Shown: in pieces, positions 44,405 through 56,104 of the stretch | How positions within the stretch are numbered: position 1 is the stretch's first letter | How the letters are laid out: each line of letters opens with the position of its first letter | DNA from: Nitrosomonas sp. | GTDB lineage: Bacteria > Pseudomonadota > Gammaproteobacteria > Burkholderiales > Nitrosomonadaceae | Direction of reading: 5' to 3' | DNA length: 64,000 bases | NCBI GenBank assembly: GCA_016721865.1 | Contig: JADKHF010000006.1 | Span: 4,235-68,234, forward strand | Notes under the pieces: generated by a model | Told to the model about the DNA's origin: nothing | Database searches by the model: none | What the model saw: the letters and a program-made list of their open reading frames with translations, nothing else | Made by a program: the position numbers and the translations under genes

Positions 44405-44962
44405 GGTCAATCTGCTGCGCCAATGGAGAAACGGTTCATGTTTCCTCAATTTTTTATTGCATAGTCGCGCTATGCGCTTCTAAATAGAGAAAATCTGCAC
44501 TCGTTCTCCCACATGGCTCTCTACGATCGCTTAAGTTGTGCAGGCTTATAAGTTTGTAAGAAACCTCTCGCATGGAGTAAATCCCTTGGTAGCAAAGATA
44601 GGAAATCTTGCACTCAAGCAATGTCTTCTATGAGTATCTAAACAAGAATACCATTTTAAAAGCAGGGGAATATTGCTATAAAAATCATGAATTTTCCTTG
44701 TTTGGGCGACGTTGGCGTGCTAGAATTTCAGTCCGATTAATTAGGATGTAGAAGATATCTATTACTAAGAAAATCTAAGATGCGGATAATAAGGAAATTC
44801 GGCCAAGGAATTGTAAATATCGTCAATCGTGATGTGGTTTTAACAAAGCAAAATTTTGACGTATGACTTTCGTAAGCTGGCTGGACTAGTTAAGCGTTCA
44901 GGTTTGTGGCGTTCATAGTTGTGCCTTAAATCTGTAAAATTAGTAATCATGTGGGGGGGAAT

Positions 44963-45784
44963 ATGAGAAGTAAATTAGTAGCAACCCTGGCGGGGGTCTT
45001 GGCTCTCGCTATGTATTCAAGTATGGCGGTAGGGTCTAAATATAATTTACCAGAGCCGCAAAGTATCATCGCAAGAGAAACCTATGATATGCATATCTGG
45101 GTTATGTGGATCTGTTTGGTTATTTTTATTGGTGTATTTGGTGTCATGTTTTATTCTGTACTCAAGCACCGTAAATCTCTGGGTTACAAAGCAGCAAACT
45201 TTCATCACAGTACGACAGTAGAGATTATCTGGACTGTAATACCCTGTATTATTCTTGTCGTTATGGCATTTCCGGCGACTAAGACGGTTATTGCAATGAA
45301 GGATACTTCGAGTCCGGATATGACCATCAAAGCAACCGGTTATCAATGGATGTGGGGTTATGATTATCTCCAGGGCGAAGGTGAAGGAATTAGTTTTTTC
45401 AGTAAATTGTCGACACCGAGAGCACAGGTTCAAAATAAAGAACCTAAAGGTGAAAACTATCTACTGGAAGTTGATAATCGCGTTGTTGTGCCGGTAGGTA
45501 AAAAAGTGCGTATTATTTTAACGGCGAATGATGTGCTTCACGCTTGGTGGGTACCGGCATTAGGTATTAAGCAGGATGCTATTCCAGGTTTTATTCGTGA
45601 TACATGGTTTACAGCAGATGCGCCAGGAATTTATCGTGGGCAATGTGCTGAATTGTGTGGTAAGGATCACGGATTTATGCCGATCGTGGTAGAAGTGATG
45701 GAAGCAGATGAATATACAAAATGGGTGGCTGCTCAATTGAGTGCATCTGCAGTTAAAACATCAATGCATGTAGAAAATAAGTAA
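44963..45784 (+). CDS. coxB: Cytochrome c oxidase subunit II
   Basis: GYQWMWGY, DVLHAW, CAELCGKDHGFM CuA motif; no fused cytochrome c. Confidence 0.96.
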   Translation: MRSKLVATLAGVLALAMYSSMAVGSKYNLPEPQSIIARETYDMHIWVMWICLVIFIGVFGVMFYSVLKHRKSLGYKAANFHHSTTVEIIWTVIPCIILVVMAFPATKTVIAMKDTSSPDMTIKATGYQWMWGYDYLQGEGEGISFFSKLSTPRAQVQNKEPKGENYLLEVDNRVVVPVGKKVRIILTANDVLHAWWVPALGIKQDAIPGFIRDTWFTADAPGIYRGQCAELCGKDHGFMPIVVEVMEADEYTKWVAAQLSASAVKTSMHVENK

Positions 45785-45796
45785 AAGGAGATAATT

Positions 45797-47383
45797 ATGG
45801 CAGCAGTACATGGTGACGCACACGGTCACGGACATGATGACCATCATCCCAGTGGAATAATGCGCTGGGTTACAACGACCAATCATAAAGATATTGGTAC
45901 GATGTACTTATGGTTTAGTTTTGCTATGTTTCTGGTTGGTGGAACATTGGCAATGGGAATTCGCGCTGAGTTGTATCAGCCAGGTATTCAAATTTTGGAA
46001 CCTGAGTTATTTAATCAATTTACAACTTTACATGGGTTGATAATGGTATTTGGTGCCATTATGCCGGCCTTTGTGGGTTTTGCTAACTGGCAAGTACCCC
46101 TGATGATTGGTGCGCCAGATATGGCTTTTGCGCGGATGAATAACTGGAGTTTCTGGTTATTGCCTGTAGCGGCAACACTGCTAGTAGGTTCATTCTTTGT
46201 GCCAGGCGGTGCAGCGGCGGGCGGCTGGACATTCTATCCTCCGCTTTCAACGCAGGGCGGTTTAGGCGTAGATCTGATGATTTTTGCAGTTCATATTTTA
46301 GGTGCTTCCTCAATTATGGGCTCAATTAATATCATCACGACCATTTTGAATATGCGTGCGCCAGGCATGACGTTGATGAAGATGCCAATGTTTGTTTGGA
46401 CATGGTTAATTACAGCTTATCTGTTGGTTCTGGTGATGCCAGTTCTGGCTGGTGTAGTAACTATGCTGTTGACAGATCGTCACTTTGGAACAAGTTTCTT
46501 TAATGCTGCTGGCGGTGGGGATCCAGTGATGTTTCAGCATATTTTTTGGTTCTTTGGTCATCCAGAAGTTTACATCATGATTCTGCCATCATTTGGTATT
46601 GTCTCTGAGGTTATTCCTACATTCTCACGTAAACCGCTGTTTGGCTATTCATCGATGGTTTATGCAACTGCATCGATCGCGATTTTATCTTGTGTAGTGT
46701 GGGCGCATCATATGTTCACAGCGGGTATGCCTACAGTTGGGCAACTGTTTTTTATGTATGCAACAATGCTGATCGCAGTGCCAACAGGGGTAAAAGTATT
46801 TAATTGGACCGCTACAATGTGGCGCGGATCAATGACATTTGAAACACCAATGCTATTTGCAATCGGTTTTATTTTCTTATTTGTAATCGGTGGCTTTAGT
46901 GGTGTGATCTGTGCGATTGTTCCAATTGATATACAAGTTCAAGACACTTATTATGTGATTGCACATTTCCATTATGTACTTGTGTCTGGATCACTGTTTG
47001 CCTTATTTGCAGGCGCATATTACTGGATACCGAAATGGACCGGTCGCATGTATAACGAAACACTAGGTAAATGGCATTTCTGGTTATCTATGTTCTTCTT
47101 TAACATGACATTCTTTGTCCAGCATTTCTTGGGATTAGCTGGTATGCCACGTAGAATTCCAGATTACAATTTGCAATTTGCTGATTTTAATATGATTTCT
47201 AGTCTTGGCGCCTTTGGATTTGGACTGACACAACTCCTTTTCCTCTACATTATGATTAATTGCATTCGTAGTGGAGAAAAAGCACCGCAGTTGCCGTGGG
47301 ATGGTGCAACAACTTTGGAATGGACGCATTTGCCAACACCTGCGCCTTACCATAGTTTTGAAAACCCACCGATTGTTAAATAA
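45797..47383 (+). CDS. coxA: Cytochrome c oxidase subunit I (A1 type)
   Basis: NHKDIG, GHPEVY, WAHH, AHFHY. Confidence 0.98.
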   Translation: MAAVHGDAHGHGHDDHHPSGIMRWVTTTNHKDIGTMYLWFSFAMFLVGGTLAMGIRAELYQPGIQILEPELFNQFTTLHGLIMVFGAIMPAFVGFANWQVPLMIGAPDMAFARMNNWSFWLLPVAATLLVGSFFVPGGAAAGGWTFYPPLSTQGGLGVDLMIFAVHILGASSIMGSINIITTILNMRAPGMTLMKMPMFVWTWLITAYLLVLVMPVLAGVVTMLLTDRHFGTSFFNAAGGGDPVMFQHIFWFFGHPEVYIMILPSFGIVSEVIPTFSRKPLFGYSSMVYATASIAILSCVVWAHHMFTAGMPTVGQLFFMYATMLIAVPTGVKVFNWTATMWRGSMTFETPMLFAIGFIFLFVIGGFSGVICAIVPIDIQVQDTYYVIAHFHYVLVSGSLFALFAGAYYWIPKWTGRMYNETLGKWHFWLSMFFFNMTFFVQHFLGLAGMPRRIPDYNLQFADFNMISSLGAFGFGLTQLLFLYIMINCIRSGEKAPQLPWDGATTLEWTHLPTPAPYHSFENPPIVK

Positions 47384-47401
47384 AGACAGTAAGAGAAACG
47401 T

Positions 47402-47512
47402 ATGTCACAAGAAACAGAAGCAGAGTTAAAGCGTAAGAAATACAGAACAGCGATGTTTCTTTTAATTACAGTTCTGGCTCTTTATTTAGTGGTTATTATC
47501 AAACAATGGTAG
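47402..47512 (+). CDS. 36-aa single-TM cytochrome oxidase-associated small protein (below the ORF track cut-off)
   Basis: MSQETEAELKRKKYRTAMFLLITVLALYLVVIIKQW*; stop overlaps the ctaG start. Confidence 0.7.
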   Translation: MSQETEAELKRKKYRTAMFLLITVLALYLVVIIKQW

Positions 47513-48051
47513 ATAAGGAATTAGAAATAAATATAGTAATGATGAAAAAGTTGTTGGTTTTCTCATTGATAATGTTTGTTTTTGGATATGCTCTTGTACC
47601 ATTTTATGAGAAGTTCTGTGAAGTAACGGGAATTAATAATCTGCTGCAACCGGACGTACTGGTTAAAGATAACTGGGTGGATGAGGAGCGTTGGATAACA
47701 GTTGAATTTGATGCCAACACAAGAGGTTTGCCTTGGCAATTTAAACCGCTCCAATCCAGCGCTCGTATTCATCCAGGTCAACCAGTCAATGTGATGTACG
47801 AAATTACAAATGATTCAGATCGCGAAATTAACGGGCAAGCAATACCCAGTTATAGTCCACGTTTTTTGGATAAACATTTGAAAAAATTTGAGTGTTTTTG
47901 TTTTACAAAACAGGTTCTCAAGCCAAATGAAACCAGGCAGATGCCAGTGCAATTTGTGATTGAACCAAGCTTGCCAGCAGATATACAGACTGTAACTATT
48001 TCATACACATTTTTTGAATTACCTGACGGCGTAAGCGCGGTCAAAAAATAA
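47506..48051 (+). CDS. ctaG: Cytochrome c oxidase Cu chaperone CtaG/Cox11
   Basis: FGYALVPFY..FCEVTGIN, ECFCF. Confidence 0.95.
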   Translation: MVDKELEINIVMMKKLLVFSLIMFVFGYALVPFYEKFCEVTGINNLLQPDVLVKDNWVDEERWITVEFDANTRGLPWQFKPLQSSARIHPGQPVNVMYEITNDSDREINGQAIPSYSPRFLDKHLKKFECFCFTKQVLKPNETRQMPVQFVIEPSLPADIQTVTISYTFFELPDGVSAVKK

Positions 48052-48064
48052 GGAAACTAAAGGA

Positions 48065-48274
48065 GTGGACAAAATTAATGACAAACAAGCCAGTGCAAGT
48101 ATCTGGCAAATTGCAAAAGCAGTCATGTCCGCCTTTATGGGAATTCGTAAAAAAAGTGATCTTGAAAACGATGCGGCAATATTGAAACCAGTCCATGTAA
48201 TTATAGGTGGGATTATTGGAGCGATCCTGTTTGTAACTGGTGTTTTGTTAGTGGTTAAATTTGTTCTCAGTTAG
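48065..48274 (+). CDS. DUF2970 family small membrane protein
   Basis: AVMSAFMGIRK..D, PVHVIIGG; position in cox operon; AGGAG nearby. Confidence 0.8.
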   Translation: MDKINDKQASASIWQIAKAVMSAFMGIRKKSDLENDAAILKPVHVIIGGIIGAILFVTGVLLVVKFVLS

Positions 48275-48307
48275 AAATTGAATAATCATAAGTAGGAGGA
48301 GATAAGA

Positions 48308-49165
48308 ATGAGTCAAGAATCCGGGCACTATTATGTCCCAGCTCCATCAGCATATCCAATAATTGGATCAACTGCATTATTATGCATGACGTCTGGTGCA
48401 GCCTTAACCTTTAATAAAATAGAGATTGGTTATGGCCTTCTTGCAATAGGTTTTGCCATCCTGATTTATATGTTGTTTGGATGGTTTGGGACTGTAGCAA
48501 GAGAAAGTGAGAGCGGAAAGTTTAATCAGCAAGTAGATTTGTCCTTTCGTTGGGGAATGAGCTGGTTTATTTTTACTGAAGTGATGTTCTTCTGCGCATT
48601 TTTCGGCGCATTGTTTTATATGCGTAACTTATCCATTCCTTGGTTGGCAGAAGAAAGTTCAGTGTTAGGAAATAGCTTCTGGTCATCCTATGATGGTACC
48701 TGGCCGACAGCAGGACCTGGAGTACATGAGCAATTTACTCCAATGGGCGCCTGGGGCCTGCCTGCCTTCAATACGATGTTACTATTATTGTCTGGCGTCA
48801 CCTGTACTCTGGAACACCATGCACTGAAAGAAAACAGACGCGATGGTCTCAAAAAATGGTTACTTGCGACCATATTTTTAGGTGCTTTATTCATAGGCTG
48901 CCAAGCTTATGAATATATACATGCCTACAATGACCTGAATCTGAAGATGACAACGGGAGCCTATGGCTCAACCTTTTTCATGTTGACAGGATTTCACGGG
49001 TTCCATGTAACTGTCGGCGCAATTATGCTGACAGTAATCTACTTCCGTAGTTTAGCAGGGCACTTTACACCTGAACATCACTTTGGTTTTGAAGGCGTAG
49101 CTTGGTACTGGCACTTTGTTGACGTGGTATGGCTAGGACTGTTTATTTTTGTTTATTTAATGTAA
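48308..49165 (+). CDS. coxC: Cytochrome c oxidase subunit III
   Basis: WFIFTEVMFF, TGFHGFHV, WYWHFVDVVW. Confidence 0.97.
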   Translation: MSQESGHYYVPAPSAYPIIGSTALLCMTSGAALTFNKIEIGYGLLAIGFAILIYMLFGWFGTVARESESGKFNQQVDLSFRWGMSWFIFTEVMFFCAFFGALFYMRNLSIPWLAEESSVLGNSFWSSYDGTWPTAGPGVHEQFTPMGAWGLPAFNTMLLLLSGVTCTLEHHALKENRRDGLKKWLLATIFLGALFIGCQAYEYIHAYNDLNLKMTTGAYGSTFFMLTGFHGFHVTVGAIMLTVIYFRSLAGHFTPEHHFGFEGVAWYWHFVDVVWLGLFIFVYLM

Positions 49166-49189
49166 AAACAAACAGGTAGTATAGAAAAG

Positions 49190-49260
49190 GATTCCAGTTT
49201 TTACACTAATGAAAAATAGCTAGAAAAAAAACTTCTAGTAATGTGTAAAAGACTGGAATC
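49190..49260. terminator. Long hairpin after coxC
   Basis: gattccagtttttacac / gtgtaaaagactggaatc arms with inner ctagaa/ttctag. Confidence 0.55.
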
Positions 49261-49381
49261 TTTGTTTCTTAAATTAAGAAAAGAAGATCAATTAACTTTT
49301 CTCTAAAGCTGACTAATAATATAGGATGTTTTTTCCTAAAGTTAGCCGTCAATCGAGTATCAAAATTTATACAGACAGAAA

Positions 49382-50110
49382 ATGATTGTATTGGGATACC
49401 GCTTTGAACCAAAGTTATGGGCAGTTTTAGTTACCGTAGTATTTGTAATCATTTTTATTGAGCTGGGTAAGTGGCAATTATCTCGTGCAGATGAAAAAAA
49501 TGCGCGTCATGCACTTCTTGAGCAATATGCAAAGCAACCTGCAGTGACATTGCCAGTTACTCTAGTCAAATTAGAAGATTTTCAGTATCGAGAAGTTGAA
49601 GTACAGGGCGAATATCTTACGGAATACACAATCTTTCTGGATAATAAAACTCATCAGGGACTTGCAGGTTATCACGTAATTACACCCCTTAGGGTTTTGA
49701 ATAGTGCGCTACTTGTTGTGATCAATAGAGGCTGGATTGCAACGGGAAATGATAGATCAGTATTGCCGTATGTAAATGATATTAATGGTTTTGTTAAAGT
49801 AAATGGATTAGTGGTAGCACCAGAACTTCGAACATTAAAGCTCTCTGAAATGGTAACAAAAGGAAGGGTTTGGGATAACTTTAATCTGCAGCGCTATCAG
49901 GAGGAAACAGGACAAGAAATGCAACCCCTGATGATTTTACAAAAAAATCAAGCGGAAGATGGTTTGATACGTGATTGGACTAGGCCGGATTCAGGTGCTG
50001 ACAAAAATTTAGGATATGCAGTTCAATGGTTTTTATTAGCGGCAACCGCAGTAATTATTTTCTTAGTGTTGAATGTTAAACGAAAAAATTCAAAAATCGA
50101 ACAGACGTAA
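49382..50110 (+). CDS. SURF1 family protein
   Basis: LGKWQLSRA.EK, GYHVITP, INRGWI, YAVQWF. Confidence 0.93.
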   Translation: MIVLGYRFEPKLWAVLVTVVFVIIFIELGKWQLSRADEKNARHALLEQYAKQPAVTLPVTLVKLEDFQYREVEVQGEYLTEYTIFLDNKTHQGLAGYHVITPLRVLNSALLVVINRGWIATGNDRSVLPYVNDINGFVKVNGLVVAPELRTLKLSEMVTKGRVWDNFNLQRYQEETGQEMQPLMILQKNQAEDGLIRDWTRPDSGADKNLGYAVQWFLLAATAVIIFLVLNVKRKNSKIEQT

Positions 50111-50654
50111 ATTTTTACTACTGTTGGCATTAATGTGTGCTCCGGTTGTAATTTCTTATGCCTTATATTTTCTGGAATATAGACCAGAAAGCAAACACTA
50201 TGGTGATTTGATACCGATTGTTAAAGTAGCAGGTAATGGTACAAACCAGGCTGATAATACGATTCTTCGCATGAAGGATCTGCATGGTAAATGGATATTG
50301 GTAACAGTTGATTCTGGGCACTGTGATGAAGCTTGTCAGGCAAAATTATATTTTATGCGCCAAGTTCGTTTAGTTCAGGGAAAAGAGAAGCATCGAATAG
50401 AACGGTTATGGCTAGTGAACGACGATGTCGTTCCAGATGCGGAATTAGTAAAACAGTTTGAAGGCACATTATTTGTCAATGCAAAGGATAGTGAGATTCT
50501 TGGTTTTATTGAAACAAAAGAAATACAAACAAAACATATCTACATGATTGATCCAATTGGTAATTTGATGATGCGTTTTCCAGAAAACGTAGATGGTACG
50601 AAAATGGGTCATGACATAAAACGATTGTTACATGTTTCGCAATTAGAACATTAA
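50073..50654 (+). CDS. SCO/thioredoxin-like membrane-anchored protein
   Basis: TM anchor, GKW, CDEAC (CxxxC), IDPIGNLMMRF. Confidence 0.8.
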   Translation: MLNEKIQKSNRRKFLLLLALMCAPVVISYALYFLEYRPESKHYGDLIPIVKVAGNGTNQADNTILRMKDLHGKWILVTVDSGHCDEACQAKLYFMRQVRLVQGKEKHRIERLWLVNDDVVPDAELVKQFEGTLFVNAKDSEILGFIETKEIQTKHIYMIDPIGNLMMRFPENVDGTKMGHDIKRLLHVSQLEH

Positions 50655-50739
50655 GATTACTTTAATATTCCTGCAGACTAGATCTGCTTGAATCTGTATA
50701 TAAAATATTCAATGCAAATGAATAAAGGAGATCAAAGAC

Positions 50740-51633
50740 ATGTCTACTAGTATGACTTGGCATGAAACAGCAACGCGTATTAATCAATTCTACCGTTTAA
50801 CTAAACCGCGTGTTGTATCGCTGATTGTTTTTACCGCGGTTATCGGTATGTTTCTGGCAGTACCCGGTGCAGTACCCCTAGATATCCTGATCTTCGGTAC
50901 GATAGGTATTGCGCTTGTGGCCGGAGCTGCTGCTGCATTAAATTGCTTGGTAGAACAGAAGATGGACGCTGTTATGGCGCGAACAAAAGGAAGACCGTTG
51001 CCCCAAGGAAAAGTGAGTGTTCCAGAAACTCTGTTTTTTCTAATGATTGTCGGAGGGCTGGGTCTTTTCATTTTGTATCACTGGATTAATGAGCTTACCA
51101 TGTGGCTGACACTGGGGACATTCGTAGGATATGCCATTATTTACACAGTGATTTTGAAACCACTTACACCACAAAATATCGTAATAGGGGGCGCATCAGG
51201 TGCCATGCCGCCTGTACTTGGCTGGGCAGCGGTTACAGGCGAAGTTACTGCGGATGCTCTGTTGTTATTTTTGATTATCTTTGCCTGGACACCGCCCCAT
51301 TTTTGGGCGCTTGCGCTGTACAGAAAAAATGAATATGCATCGATTGGTATGCCTATGCTTCCAGTGACACATGGTGACCAATTTACAAAATTGCATGTGC
51401 TGTTGTATACAATTATTCTGTGTATTGTGACAACCCTGCCTTATATCACTCAAATGAGTGGATTGATTTATCTGGCAAGTTCGGTAGTGTTAAATGGTAT
51501 CTTTATGTACTACGCAATAGAAATTTACCGCAATTATAGTGATCAATTGGCACGGGAAGCATTCCGTTATTCGATACTCTATCTTGCACTGTTATTCGTA
51601 GCACTGTTAGTAGATCATTACTTCTTTGTTTAG
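50740..51633 (+). CDS. cyoE: Protoheme IX farnesyltransferase
   Basis: [37 protein letters not shown]. Confidence 0.96.
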   Translation: MSTSMTWHETATRINQFYRLTKPRVVSLIVFTAVIGMFLAVPGAVPLDILIFGTIGIALVAGAAAALNCLVEQKMDAVMARTKGRPLPQGKVSVPETLFFLMIVGGLGLFILYHWINELTMWLTLGTFVGYAIIYTVILKPLTPQNIVIGGASGAMPPVLGWAAVTGEVTADALLLFLIIFAWTPPHFWALALYRKNEYASIGMPMLPVTHGDQFTKLHVLLYTIILCIVTTLPYITQMSGLIYLASSVVLNGIFMYYAIEIYRNYSDQLAREAFRYSILYLALLFVALLVDHYFFV

Positions 51634-51659
51634 AATTTAAGTATTAACTATCAGAAACA

Positions 51660-51711
51660 TTGCGCTTGTAATATATGATGAGGATATGTACGTCGCATAT
51701 TACAAGCGCAA
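51660..51711. terminator. Hairpin between convergent cyoE and the FAD oxidase
   Basis: ttgcgcttgtaatat / atattacaagcgcaa, 15-bp inverted repeat. Confidence 0.65.
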
Positions 51712-51734
51712 ATTAAACATAGTTCTCAGATTGG

Positions 51735-53108
51735 CTAAGTTTCAGGAAATAATTTTCCAGGATTAAGAATATTATTGGGATCAAATAACCGCTTGATGTT
51801 TTTCATTAGATCCAGTGTCACATGATCGATTTCTTTAGTCACAAATGCACGTTTCTCGCTACCGACTCCATGTTCTCCTGATAATGTACCTCGAAGCGTA
51901 ATAACTAAGTCAAAAATTTCATCCAAACAGCGTTCAGCTCGCACCACTTCCTCCGCATCATCAGGGTTTATCAGTAAATTGACATGAATATTGCCGTTCC
52001 CGGCGTGACCAAAATTTACATTGTGTAGGTGATATTGCGTACTTAATTCTGTCAGACCTTGTCGAAATTGAGGCAGCGTATGCACAGGTACTACAACATC
52101 TTCATTAATTTTCTTGGGTGCAATTTCACGTAATAAAGGGGATAAAGCTTTGCGGGCTTGCCACAGTGCAGCGGTATCGTCTACCTGACTGGCATGAATC
52201 AATCCGTTGGTTCTGCATGCTTCGAGAATTGCAGATAACGAATCGGTGATGTCGTTTCTGGAACCATCGACTTCAATCATCAGCATGGCGTTTGTGTCCG
52301 CTGGCAGCATGTCCGGATAGCGGCCACGTATCAAATTCAATGAACCGGAATCCAGAAATTCAAGTGCGCTTGGCAGTTGCGGCAGTGCCATAATTTTAAC
52401 GATAGCGGCCGTGCAACCTGGAAGATCATGAAAATGTGCTGTAATGCCTGCAACTACACTGGGTAAGGCAGTGAGTTTAAGTGTTGCTTCGGTAATCACT
52501 GCCAGTGTACCTTCTGAGCCAATCAAAAGCCGTGTAAGGTCATATCCTACAACTCCTTTAGTGGTGTAGCAGCCGGTGGTAATGAAATCACCCGCGCCGG
52601 TAACGGCTTTCAAGCCCAAAACATGCTCCCGGGTCGTGCCATATTTAACTGCGTGAGGGCCACCCGCACTGGTGGCAATATTTCCACCAATGCTTGAGAA
52701 CATGGCGCTCGAAGGGTCAGGCGGCCAGAAAAAACCATAGGGCCTGGCAGCATCCTGTACGGATTGATTTAGTACCCCAGGCTCGGCCACGATGACACGA
52801 TTCGCAGGATCGACTGAAATGATGTTGAGCATGCGTTCCATGGACAATGCAATGCCGCCAAATTCTGGCAAGCTACCACCTGCTGTACCCGTCCCACGCC
52901 CACGAGGAATAAGGGGAACCTGATATTGATTGCATAGTGCAACGATGTGTTGTACTTCCTCGCTGGTTAGGGGAAACAGGACGGCGTCAGGTGGAAATAT
53001 TTTGCGGCTGTTATCATAGGCGTATGAATAGCAATCGACCGGATCGGTATAAAAGCGATCGGGAGGAAATGCGCCATACAAATCAGCTATCAAATTAGCT
53101 GGTATCAT
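51735..53108 (-). CDS. FAD-linked oxidase, GlcD/D-lactate dehydrogenase family
   Basis: PRGRGTG..GG, PPDPSS, GSEGTL, GHAGNGNIH, SGEHGVG, NPGK. Confidence 0.9.
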   Translation of the reverse strand: MIPANLIADLYGAFPPDRFYTDPVDCYSYAYDNSRKIFPPDAVLFPLTSEEVQHIVALCNQYQVPLIPRGRGTGTAGGSLPEFGGIALSMERMLNIISVDPANRVIVAEPGVLNQSVQDAARPYGFFWPPDPSSAMFSSIGGNIATSAGGPHAVKYGTTREHVLGLKAVTGAGDFITTGCYTTKGVVGYDLTRLLIGSEGTLAVITEATLKLTALPSVVAGITAHFHDLPGCTAAIVKIMALPQLPSALEFLDSGSLNLIRGRYPDMLPADTNAMLMIEVDGSRNDITDSLSAILEACRTNGLIHASQVDDTAALWQARKALSPLLREIAPKKINEDVVVPVHTLPQFRQGLTELSTQYHLHNVNFGHAGNGNIHVNLLINPDDAEEVVRAERCLDEIFDLVITLRGTLSGEHGVGSEKRAFVTKEIDHVTLDLMKNIKRLFDPNNILNPGKLFPET

Positions 53109-53112
53109 GAAG

Positions 53113-53691
53113 CTAGTTTATATATTCAAAAACTTTTACGACTTTTTTTACACCAGCCGTGGAGCTGGCAATTTGAGCTGCGTTATCGGCTTCCTGTTCA
53201 GTAACGACGCCGAGCAAATACACTACTTCATTCTCTGTCACAATCTTGACGTGATTAATCTGAAATTTGCGTTCAGTTAAAAAACGAGTTTTAACTTTCG
53301 AAGTAATCATGGTGTCATTGCTGCGGGAAGTCAGCGAAGTATTCCCACCAACAGCAATTTCATTGAATATCTTGCGCACGTTATCAACACCCATGATCAG
53401 TTTCTCAATATCCGTCTTGATGGTTTCTGTCGGCGCTTCTCCCGTTAACAGTACCATGCGATTATAACTAGTGATATTGATGTGCACTTTATCACCAAAT
53501 TGCTGATAAATACGCCGCGCCCCTTTTAGTTCAATGCCCTCATCTTCAATGAACATACCACTGGTTCTGCGATCTTCGGATATATATGCGCCGGTTCCTG
53601 CTGCCGTACCAATTGCAAACATCGGAACACAACCAACCAGAAAAGGGAAGATTAAAAAAAGAGTTAGCCAGGCTTGATTGAGATATTTCAT
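53113..53691 (-). CDS. Dual-BON domain lipoprotein (DolP/YraP-like)
   Basis: Lipobox LVGC, DRRTSG..IED, VLLTGE, D.MITSKVK, VYLLG. Confidence 0.9.
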   Translation of the reverse strand: MKYLNQAWLTLFLIFPFLVGCVPMFAIGTAAGTGAYISEDRRTSGMFIEDEGIELKGARRIYQQFGDKVHINITSYNRMVLLTGEAPTETIKTDIEKLIMGVDNVRKIFNEIAVGGNTSLTSRSNDTMITSKVKTRFLTERKFQINHVKIVTENEVVYLLGVVTEQEADNAAQIASSTAGVKKVVKVFEYIN

Positions 53692-53804
53692 TTAATTTAC
53701 TCCACAGAATTCAAAATTTCATGCCTGATAATACAGTAAAATACCCAGATCACGAATAATCAATTGCCTAAAACACAGCAATACAAAGTGACTTAACGGG
53801 CATT

Positions 53805-54311
53805 ATGAGCATTGAAGAATACCAACAAACATTAACCGGGCAAATACAAAGTGCGGGTACGAATGAATCTTCTTCCACAGTGCTCGGTGTGGCAGTGGGA
53901 GAAGACCGCTATCTGATACCCATGACTGAAGTCAGTGAGGTTATACAGATACCCAAATTAGCACATGTACCGTTAACGCAACCGTGGTTTCTTGGTTTGG
54001 CAAATGTACGCGGGAATCTCTACGGAATAACGGACCTGGGTGTTTATCTGGGCGGCGCTCCAACGGCATTCAACTTGAAATCACGAATATTACTCGTTTC
54101 TCCAGGGAATAAGATATTTGGTGGTTTCATAGTCAACAGTATGCTCGGCATCAGAAATTTGTCTGATTTTTCACCGGTAAAATCTGCCAAAAAGAAAATG
54201 CCTAAGGGTGTTACTGCCAATTATAAAGACACAGAAGGGCGGCTATGGCGAGAATTAAGTCTGTATGAATTGATCCACGATGAAAAATTCCTGCAGATTG
54301 CGCGCGAATGA
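53805..54311 (+). CDS. CheW-domain protein, PilI-like
   Basis: VPLTQPWFLGLANVRGNLYGITDL. Confidence 0.85.
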   Translation: MSIEEYQQTLTGQIQSAGTNESSSTVLGVAVGEDRYLIPMTEVSEVIQIPKLAHVPLTQPWFLGLANVRGNLYGITDLGVYLGGAPTAFNLKSRILLVSPGNKIFGGFIVNSMLGIRNLSDFSPVKSAKKKMPKGVTANYKDTEGRLWRELSLYELIHDEKFLQIARE

Positions 54312-54359
54312 TTTCCGGTCTGAACCATCTGCGATACGTTATTAAAAAATTTTTGATAA

Positions 54360-55262
<903 letters not shown>

Positions 55263-55278
55263 AAAATATTTGACTGAT

Positions 55279-55335
55279 TGTCATTTCGAGCACCGCGAGA
55301 AATCAACAAAGATTGCTCATTGCGTTCGGAATGAC
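55279..55335. repeat. REP-like palindromic doublet
   Basis: tgtcatttcgagcaccgcgagaaatc...agattgctcattgcgttcggaatgac; inverted relative of 56387-56457. Confidence 0.8.
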
Positions 55336-55379
55336 CAGTGTCAGTTATTCGGGATTTCCTTCGGGGGCAAACTTTGGTG

Positions 55380-56104
55380 CTACCAGCGCTTCCCCAATGC
55401 CGTCAGAATGCCGCGCAGGATCTGTACTTCCTCTTTCTCCAGCCGTGCCCGTGCGAACAAACGGCGGATGCGCTGCATCAACAGCTTGGGTTTTTGCGGA
55501 TCAAGAAAATCGCAGGCAATCATCGCCTGCTCAAGATGCGCATAAAATAATTCCAGATCATTAAAACTGACCGGTGATCCGACTGGGGATGCAGGCTCTT
55601 CGTTTTCTATCAGTGCCATGCGCAACTCATACGCCATCACTTGTACAGCGCTCGCCAGGTTCAGTGAACTGAACTCCGGGTTAGCAGGAATATGAATAAT
55701 GATCTGGCATTTATTCACCTCCGCGGTGGTCAGGCCGGAAGTTTCTGCGCCAAACAACAATGCGACCGGCTGCTGTCGCGCATAACGCAATAATTCCGTG
55801 CACCCTGCCGTGCATTGAACACATCATGCGAAAGATCGCGTGTCCGCGCCGTCATTGCTGCAACCATCACGGTATTTTCCAACGCTTCATCCAATTCGGT
55901 GCAAACCTTAATTTTATCCAGAATATCGCGCGCGCTCACCGCACGGGCATCCGCCTCTCGATCCGGGAAAAGCCGGGGATTGATCAGATACAGCGCGCTT
56001 AATCCCATCGTTTTCATCGCCCGCGCAGCCGCGCCGATATTGCCGGGATGGCTGGTGTGGCTGAGAACGATGCGAACATTATCAAGCGGGCAAGGAGCAT
56101 TCAT
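55380..56104 (-). CDS. trmJ: tRNA C32/U32 2'-O-methyltransferase, TrmJ family (frameshift near 55796)
   Basis: HPGNIGAAARAMKTMG, LLFGAETSGL, IPANPEFSSLNLASAVQ, EVQILRGIL. Confidence 0.9.

Noticed and set aside
44405-44962. Long intergenic region upstream of coxB searched for FNR/CRP boxes or a riboswitch
   Set aside because: No convincing TTGAT-N4-ATCAA or TGTGA-N6-TCACA match or known RNA motif seen by eye
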